From the NCBI GenBank assembly GCA_040397175.1, contig JBBAWM010000004.1:11586-75585 (forward strand): 64,000 bases of DNA, read 5' to 3'. The translations under genes were made by a program, and so were the position numbers. This DNA comes from Candidatus Limnocylindrus sp. (GTDB lineage: Bacteria > Chloroflexota > Limnocylindria > Limnocylindrales > Limnocylindraceae). A model generated the notes under the pieces. That model made no database searches. It was not told the DNA's origin and saw nothing but the letters and a program-made list of their open reading frames with translations. Position 1 is the stretch's first letter, and each line of letters starts with the position of its first letter. Positions 58,409-64,000 of this stretch are shown one piece after another.

Positions 58409-59329
58409 GTGGCGACCCTCTCCTTCTACCTCGTCGTCGTTGGCGGCATTGCACTCGTCGGCGCCTTTGCCCTCTACGTCGCGCACCTCGTGCTCGTAGC
58501 GCAAGGTGACCGCGCCATCACTCCACGACTCGCCGGAGCCACCACCACGGCACTGCGCGGAAACCTCGCCGAGCAGCTCGATGGTGGCGCGCCGACCGCC
58601 GCCGAATCAACGAGCACCTTGAGCGCGATCGCTGGTGCGCTTGCAGTAATCGCGACAGGATCCCTCGGCGTATCGTTAACCGCACGCGCCATCGTGGTGG
58701 GCCGCGGCCCTTGGGGGAATCTCTACGAGTTCACCGTTGCGTTCGTCTTTGGTATCTGTGCCGCCACCATCATCTTTGATCGCAAGCGTCGCCTTCCAGC
58801 GCTCAGCACCATCGCCTACGGCGTCGCACTCGCACTCCTCGCTTATGCAACGACGTTGCCGAATGCCGTTGTGGCGTTAGTGCCAGCGCTGCAGCACCCG
58901 CTCCTCCTGACGATCCATGTAGGCATGGCGATGTTGAGCTACGGCATCTTCGCCTTCGCATTTGCCGCAGGCGTCGCCTATCTCTTGCAAGGTGAGAACG
59001 ACCGCTTCAGCTGGTTGCCACCGGCGAAGCGTCTCGACCTTGTTGCCTTCCGTGCGGTCACCGTCGCCTTCCCCCTCTTTGCCGGCATGCTCATCCTCGG
59101 CTCGATCTGGGCCTCCATCGCCTGGAGTCGCTACTGGGGATGGGACCCGAAGGAGACCTCAGCACTCGCCACCTGGCTGGTCTATGCCGTCTACCTGCAC
59201 GCCCGGAGCCAGCGCGGTTGGCAGGGTCGGCCCGCCGCCCTCCTCCTCGTCATCGGCTTTGTGGCGGTGCTCGCTACCTATTCAGGGAACCTCTGGTTCA
59301 CTGGCCTCCACACCTACTCGGGGCTGTAA
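58409..59329 (+). CDS. ccsA: Cytochrome c biogenesis protein CcsA/ResC (system II)
   Basis: PWGNLYE, VPALQ...IHV, WWD motif WASIAWSRYWGWDPKET and terminal GLHTY. Confidence 0.93.
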   Translation: MATLSFYLVVVGGIALVGAFALYVAHLVLVAQGDRAITPRLAGATTTALRGNLAEQLDGGAPTAAESTSTLSAIAGALAVIATGSLGVSLTARAIVVGRGPWGNLYEFTVAFVFGICAATIIFDRKRRLPALSTIAYGVALALLAYATTLPNAVVALVPALQHPLLLTIHVGMAMLSYGIFAFAFAAGVAYLLQGENDRFSWLPPAKRLDLVAFRAVTVAFPLFAGMLILGSIWASIAWSRYWGWDPKETSALATWLVYAVYLHARSQRGWQGRPAALLLVIGFVAVLATYSGNLWFTGLHTYSGL

Positions 59330-59424
59330 CAAAGTCCCCTTACCTTCGCGCGTGCCGCGCTCTGAGCGTGCGCGCCACCTGCGCCGTGCGGCGGAATTTG
59401 TAACAAAGGCGAATTCCCACCAAA

Positions 59425-59473
59425 CCACAACATGTGCGGTAACACTCCCCTGTAACACCACCATATGTTGTGG
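59425..59473 (+). promoter_or_regulatory. Tandem NrdR boxes upstream of nrdJ
   Basis: CCACCATATGTTGTGG (59458-59473) fits acaCwAtATaTwGtg well; CCACAACATGTGCGGT (59425-59440) is a weaker copy 33 bp upstream. Confidence 0.75.
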
Positions 59474-59481
59474 TTGAGGGG

Positions 59482-59510
59482 TTGACGCCACACCACAGGG
59501 GACATAGGAT
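59482..59510 (+). promoter_or_regulatory. Sigma70 promoter of nrdJ
   Basis: TTGACG, 17 bp, TAGGAT. Confidence 0.75.
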
Positions 59511-59610
59511 TCGTCTCCCGCTGCTTCACGGCAGGGGCTCTGCGCGCCCAATCGTTGGTTGGGAACAGAGATGGTGGGCCTCACATTTCGAGGCAGAAGA
59601 GGGAGAGAAC

Positions 59611-62535
59611 ATGGCGGGCTTGGTAGACGCTGCAAGGGCAGCAACAAAGGCAACAATCGAGAAGTCAACGGCGCAGCCGTTGCCACCGTTGAGCTTTGAT
59701 GGCAAGGGCGCCAAGGGCCTCGCCTGGGATCGACGTTGGACTACCGCCGGCGTTCACCCATACGACGAAATTCAGTGGGAGACCCGCACCGCATCTATTG
59801 GCAACGAGAGCGGTAAGAGCGTCTTCGAGCAGAAGGACGTTGAGGTGCCCGCCTCATGGTCACAGCTCGCCACGAACGTCGTGGTGTCGAAGTACTTCCG
59901 TGGACATGTTGGTAGCCCAGAGCGCGAGACGAGCGTTCGCCAGCTGATCGGTCGTGTAGCCGGTCAGATTGATGCGTGGGCTGAGCAGCAGCACTACTTC
60001 AAGTCCGATGAGGACCGCGCCGCCTTCATTGCCGAGCTGACCCACCTGCTCGTCAACCAGAAGATGGCCTTCAACTCACCAGTCTGGTTCAACGTTGGCG
60101 TTGAGAAGCGCCCACAGTGCTCGGCCTGCTTCATCAATGGTGTGCAGGACTCCATGTCTTCGATCATGGATCTCGCGAAGACCGAGGCGATGCTCTTCAA
60201 GTTCGGTTCGGGTGCAGGCTCCAACCTCTCCCCGATCCGCAGCGCCAAGGAGAAGATGAGCGGTGGCGGCACCGCCTCCGGCCCTGTCTCGTTCATGAAG
60301 GGCTTTGACGCCTTCGCGGGTGTCGTGAAGTCCGGTGGCAAGACGCGCCGCGCGGCCAAGATGGTGATCCTTGATGTGCAGCACCCTGACATCGAGCAGT
60401 TCATCGACTCAAAGGTCAGCGAAGAGAAGAAGGCCTGGGCCCTCATCGAGGCTGGCTACGATGCCAGCTTCACCGGTGAAGCCTACGGCTCGATCTTCTT
60501 CCAGAACGGGAACCACTCGGTGCGCGTGAACGACGAGTTCATGCAGGCAGTCGAGAACGATGGCACGTGGCAGACACGCGCCGTTGTTGGCGGCGAGCCC
60601 GTCGAGACGCTTAAGGCACGCGAAGTCTTCCGCAAGATGGCGGAGGCTGCGTGGGTCTGCGGCGACCCTGGCATTCAGTACGACACGGCGATCAATGACT
60701 GGCACACGTCGTCGAACACGGACCGCATCTATGCGTCGAACCCGTGCTCGGAGTACATGTTCCTCAACGACACCGCCTGCAACCTGGCCTCGCTGAACCT
60801 CATGAAGTTCGTGCGACCAGACGGTGAGTTCGACGTGGAGTCCTTCAAGTACGCCTCGCGGCTGACCCTGCTCGCGCAGGAGATCCTCGTGGACAACTCG
60901 TCGTACCCAACGCCGATGATCGATGAGAACAGCCACCGCTTCCGCCCACTCGGGCTCGGTTACGCCAACCTCGGCGCGCTCTTGATGAGCCGCGGCTTGG
61001 CGTACGACTCCGACGAGGGCCGCGCCTACGCGGGCGCGATCACCTCGATCATGACCGGCGAGGCGTATGTGCAGTCAGCTGAGACGGCGGCGGCACACGG
61101 CGGACCGTTCCTTGAGTACAAGAAGAACGAGAAGCCATTCCTTCGCGTAATTGGCAAGCACCGTGACGCCTCGCGACAGATCCCAACCGCAACGCTGCCG
61201 AAGGACCTGGCGAAGGCGGCAACCGATGCCTGGGATCGAGCACTCGATCTCGGCACGAAGCACGGCTTCCGCAACGCGCAAGTCTCGGTGTTGGCGCCAA
61301 CCGGAACGATCGCGTTCATGATGGACTGCGACACGACCGGCATTGAGCCGGACATCGCCCTGATCAAGTACAAGAAGCTCGTCGGCGAAGGCTTCCTCAA
61401 GATCGTCAACCAGACGGTTCCAGAGGCGCTCGTCAAGCTCGGCTACAACGCTGAGCAGGTCGCCGCGATCCTCAAGTACATCGATGAGCAGGAGACGATC
61501 GAGGGTGCTCCAGGCCTTAAGGACGAGCACCTCTCCGTCTTCGACTGCGCATTCAAGGCGAAGAACGGCCAGCGCTCCATCCAGTACATGGGCCACGTGC
61601 GCATGATGGCGGCGGCGCAGCCGTTCCTCTCCGGCGCAATCTCCAAGACGGTGAACATGCCAGAGGCTGCCACCGCCGAAGAGATTGAGAGCGTCTATCT
61701 GCAGGGCTGGAAGCTTGGCCTCAAGGCGATCGCGATCTATCGCGACGGCTCGAAGCGCTCGCAGCCGCTCAACACCAGCAAGAAGAAGGACGAAGCGGCA
61801 ATCGCCGAAGTCGCCTCTGCGATCTTGCCTGGTGCCGGTGCAGCGCGACGACGCCTGCCAAAGGAGCGCACGGCCATCACCCATCGCTTCGAGATCTCCG
61901 GCCAGGAGGGATACCTCACGGTCGGTCTCTACGAAGATGGCCAGCCGGGTGAGATCTTCTTGAAGATGGCGAAGGAGGGCTCCACGGTGAGCGGCCTCGT
62001 CGACAGCTTCGCGACCTCCGTCAGCGTGGCACTGCAGTACGGCGTGCCACTCCGTGACCTGGTCAACAAGTTCGCCCACGTGCGATTCGAGCCAAGCGGA
62101 TTCACCGGCAATGCCGAGATCCCACTGGCCAAGTCGATCGTGGACTACGTCTTCCGTTACCTCGGAAGCCGCTTCCTGCCAGCCGGCGATCGCGAGATCC
62201 TCGGACTGCAGGAGCGCACCGATGGTGGTCCGGTCCTCGGCGCCCTCCCATCCACGGTTCGCGTGGGTGCGGTGGAGTCGTGCGGACCGAACTGCACCTG
62301 CGGCAAGGGCGGCAGCGCATCGGGGTCGGTCTCGGCTCCCGTAGCGATCACCACCCCGGCGCCAGTCGCTGCTCCAGCCGCACCTGCGGCAACGGGAAGC
62401 GTGTTGGCCGTCGCTGGGCTCGGCTTCCAGAACCATTCCGATGCACCGGCGTGCATGGAGTGCGGCGCGATCATGGTGCGCAATGCAGCCTGCTACAAGT
62501 GCATGACCTGCGGCACCACGAGCGGTTGCAGCTGA
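59611..62535 (+). CDS. nrdJ: Vitamin B12-dependent (class II) ribonucleotide reductase
   Basis: FNSPVWFN, QCSACFI, SNPCSE, ACNLASLNL and APTGTI; TSCPD-like domain and C-terminal CxxC...CxxCGTTSGCS. Confidence 0.96.
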   Translation: MAGLVDAARAATKATIEKSTAQPLPPLSFDGKGAKGLAWDRRWTTAGVHPYDEIQWETRTASIGNESGKSVFEQKDVEVPASWSQLATNVVVSKYFRGHVGSPERETSVRQLIGRVAGQIDAWAEQQHYFKSDEDRAAFIAELTHLLVNQKMAFNSPVWFNVGVEKRPQCSACFINGVQDSMSSIMDLAKTEAMLFKFGSGAGSNLSPIRSAKEKMSGGGTASGPVSFMKGFDAFAGVVKSGGKTRRAAKMVILDVQHPDIEQFIDSKVSEEKKAWALIEAGYDASFTGEAYGSIFFQNGNHSVRVNDEFMQAVENDGTWQTRAVVGGEPVETLKAREVFRKMAEAAWVCGDPGIQYDTAINDWHTSSNTDRIYASNPCSEYMFLNDTACNLASLNLMKFVRPDGEFDVESFKYASRLTLLAQEILVDNSSYPTPMIDENSHRFRPLGLGYANLGALLMSRGLAYDSDEGRAYAGAITSIMTGEAYVQSAETAAAHGGPFLEYKKNEKPFLRVIGKHRDASRQIPTATLPKDLAKAATDAWDRALDLGTKHGFRNAQVSVLAPTGTIAFMMDCDTTGIEPDIALIKYKKLVGEGFLKIVNQTVPEALVKLGYNAEQVAAILKYIDEQETIEGAPGLKDEHLSVFDCAFKAKNGQRSIQYMGHVRMMAAAQPFLSGAISKTVNMPEAATAEEIESVYLQGWKLGLKAIAIYRDGSKRSQPLNTSKKKDEAAIAEVASAILPGAGAARRRLPKERTAITHRFEISGQEGYLTVGLYEDGQPGEIFLKMAKEGSTVSGLVDSFATSVSVALQYGVPLRDLVNKFAHVRFEPSGFTGNAEIPLAKSIVDYVFRYLGSRFLPAGDREILGLQERTDGGPVLGALPSTVRVGAVESCGPNCTCGKGGSASGSVSAPVAITTPAPVAAPAAPAATGSVLAVAGLGFQNHSDAPACMECGAIMVRNAACYKCMTCGTTSGCS

Positions 62536-62557
62536 TCTAGCGAGGAACCTCGTTCAA

Positions 62558-62590
62558 AACGCCCCGGTCGCCTCTGGCGGCTGGGGCGTT
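62558..62590 (+). terminator. Strong GC hairpin after nrdJ (probable terminator, weak U-tract)
   Basis: AACGCCCCGGTCGCC-TCT-GGCGGCTGGGGCGTT. Confidence 0.6.
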
Positions 62591-62621
62591 CTGCTACAAC
62601 TGACCAAAGAGGAGGCGACCG

Positions 62622-64000
62622 ATGCGCACAGTTCATGGGAGCCACGCTCGGATCTCGATTGCCGCGCTCCTCGTCGTCGTCCTCGCGACTGGTGCCTGCA
62701 GCGCGTTGACCACCGCGTCGCCAAGCCCAACCGCCAGCTTTAGTCCAACCGGCACGATCGACTGGCAGAGTTGCCCGGTGAGCGACCCCGTCACCGGCGG
62801 AAACCCCGAACTCCTCTGCGCCACGATCACCGTGCCGCGCGACTACCTCACCCCCGATGGGCCAACGATTGACCTCGCTCTCGCCCTCCTCCCCGCCGCC
62901 GACCAGGCACATAAGGTGGGCCCGCTCCTCTTGAACTTCGGTGGCCCAGGCGCCTCCGGCGTCAACACGCTCGCTGGATCAGGTCGCGGCATTGTCCCCG
63001 CCGAGATCGGTAATCGCTTTGACCTCGTGACCTGGGATCCGCGCGGCGCTGGTAGAAGCGTGCCGGTTGACTGCCTGAGCGACGCCGAGATGGATACGTG
63101 GGCGGCGGCGCCGGGGATTCCCAATCGACCTGCGGCGAGCGATTGGGTGTCGGCACTCAACAATGCGAAGTGGTTCGCCGACAAGTGCAAGGCGGGCACG
63201 GGCGACATGCTGGCCTACATCGGCACCACCGCATCAGCGCGCGATATGGAGAGCATTCGTATCGGCCTCGGCGTCGACACGCTGGATTATCTTGGCTTCA
63301 GTTACGGCACCGCGCTCGGCGCGGTCTATGCAACCCTCTTCCCCACTTCAACCGGCCACATGATTCTTGACGGCGCCGTCGACATGGCACCGACCGACGA
63401 TTCCCAATACGGCGAGCAGGGTGTCTCCCTGCAGGGCGCGCTCAATCGACTCTTTGCCTGGTGCGACGCTGACGCCGCGTGCCCATTCGGTGGCGGCTCG
63501 TCGCGCGCCGCGTTCGACACGCTCATGAACAAGCTCGATGCTCGACCGATTCCGCTCCAGGATGGGCGATCGCTGAATTCGACACTGGCGTGGACGGGTG
63601 TGGTCTTGGCGCTCTATAACCGCGACTACTGGGATTACGCCGTGCAGGGCCTGGCAGCGGCAAAAACGGGCGACGGCAGCCTCTTGGCGCAATTGGCCGA
63701 CGCGTACCTGGAGCGCAGTGAAGATGGCACCTACAGCTCCAACCTGATGGAGGCCTTCCCTGCGATTAGCTGCATTGATGCGCCGACAACGCCATCGATC
63801 TCGCGCTATCAGGCGATCTACGAGCGATTCGTCAGCAAGGCCCCGGACTTTGCGGCGGGCCAGGCGTCGAGCGGACTCCTCTGCGGTGTGTGGCCGTACA
63901 AGAGTGCTGACCCACTCCCTGCACTCGTCAATGGCGCGGGCGCCGCGCCGATCCTGGTCGTTGGCACAACGGGCGACCCAGCAACGCCGTACGCCTGGGC
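62622..64000 (+). CDS. Lipoprotein alpha/beta-hydrolase, tripeptidyl-aminopeptidase (TAP)-like (partial; absent from the ORF track)
   Basis: GAGGAGG RBS, lipobox-like LATGAC, IDWQSC...CATITVPRDY, NFGGPG, WDPRG and nucleophile motif GFSYG. Confidence 0.9.
   Translation, partial: MRTVHGSHARISIAALLVVVLATGACSALTTASPSPTASFSPTGTIDWQSCPVSDPVTGGNPELLCATITVPRDYLTPDGPTIDLALALLPAADQAHKVGPLLLNFGGPGASGVNTLAGSGRGIVPAEIGNRFDLVTWDPRGAGRSVPVDCLSDAEMDTWAAAPGIPNRPAASDWVSALNNAKWFADKCKAGTGDMLAYIGTTASARDMESIRIGLGVDTLDYLGFSYGTALGAVYATLFPTSTGHMILDGAVDMAPTDDSQYGEQGVSLQGALNRLFAWCDADAACPFGGGSSRAAFDTLMNKLDARPIPLQDGRSLNSTLAWTGVVLALYNRDYWDYAVQGLAAAKTGDGSLLAQLADAYLERSEDGTYSSNLMEAFPAISCIDAPTTPSISRYQAIYERFVSKAPDFAAGQASSGLLCGVWPYKSADPLPALVNGAGAAPILVVGTTGDPATPYAW

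Noticed and set aside
59511-59610. Cobalamin riboswitch upstream of nrdJ
   Set aside because: GGGAA and GGTG are present, but I could not find the rest of the consensus (B12 box, T-loop, kissing loop); kept only as an unnamed structured leader
1-64000. CRISPR arrays, IS elements, prophage or tandem DNA repeats
   Set aside because: No regularly spaced repeats and no transposase, integrase or phage genes seen by eye; neither tRNA is flanked by island-like content

Overview
A high-GC, very gene-dense bacterial core-genome window. I found no phage, IS, integron or CRISPR signature. Gene content (class I LysRS, H+-PPase, class II RNR, DegV, YbjN-like, many apparently leaderless genes) suggests a streamlined Chloroflexota such as Ca. 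Limnocylindria; this is inference only. From left to right: a partial Lys/Ala-rich histone-H1-like gene; a complete shikimate operon (aroF-aroA-aroE-aroC-aroKB-aroQ-chorismate mutase); tRNA-Ser; an hppA-uppP-argR/lysS-serS run; lepB with two membrane genes; ndk; coaX-coaBC-panB-panC; gdh and degV; a Zn-finger/RmuC-like nuclease/MFS trio; a split E2 (lipoyl and catalytic genes) with pdxH; an oppABCDF transporter; an FGGY kinase; bioY; tRNA-His; MFS, Nudix and class III aminotransferase genes; pepN-pncB-ybjN-glgC-M23-pepA; ccsA with a Zn-ribbon partner; nrdJ with NrdR boxes; and a partial TAP-like peptidase. The most notable signals are non-coding or too small for the ORF track. (1) A leaderless 11-aa Phe/Tyr-rich leader peptide (MANRFYFRYPA) with a full attenuator architecture precedes the shikimate operon. 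(2) Two DnaA boxes lie inside the promoter of the H1-like gene. (3) nrdJ and hppA have structured 5' leaders. (4) Many genes have a -10 box directly before the start codon. All product calls come from reading motifs by eye; no database searches were run.
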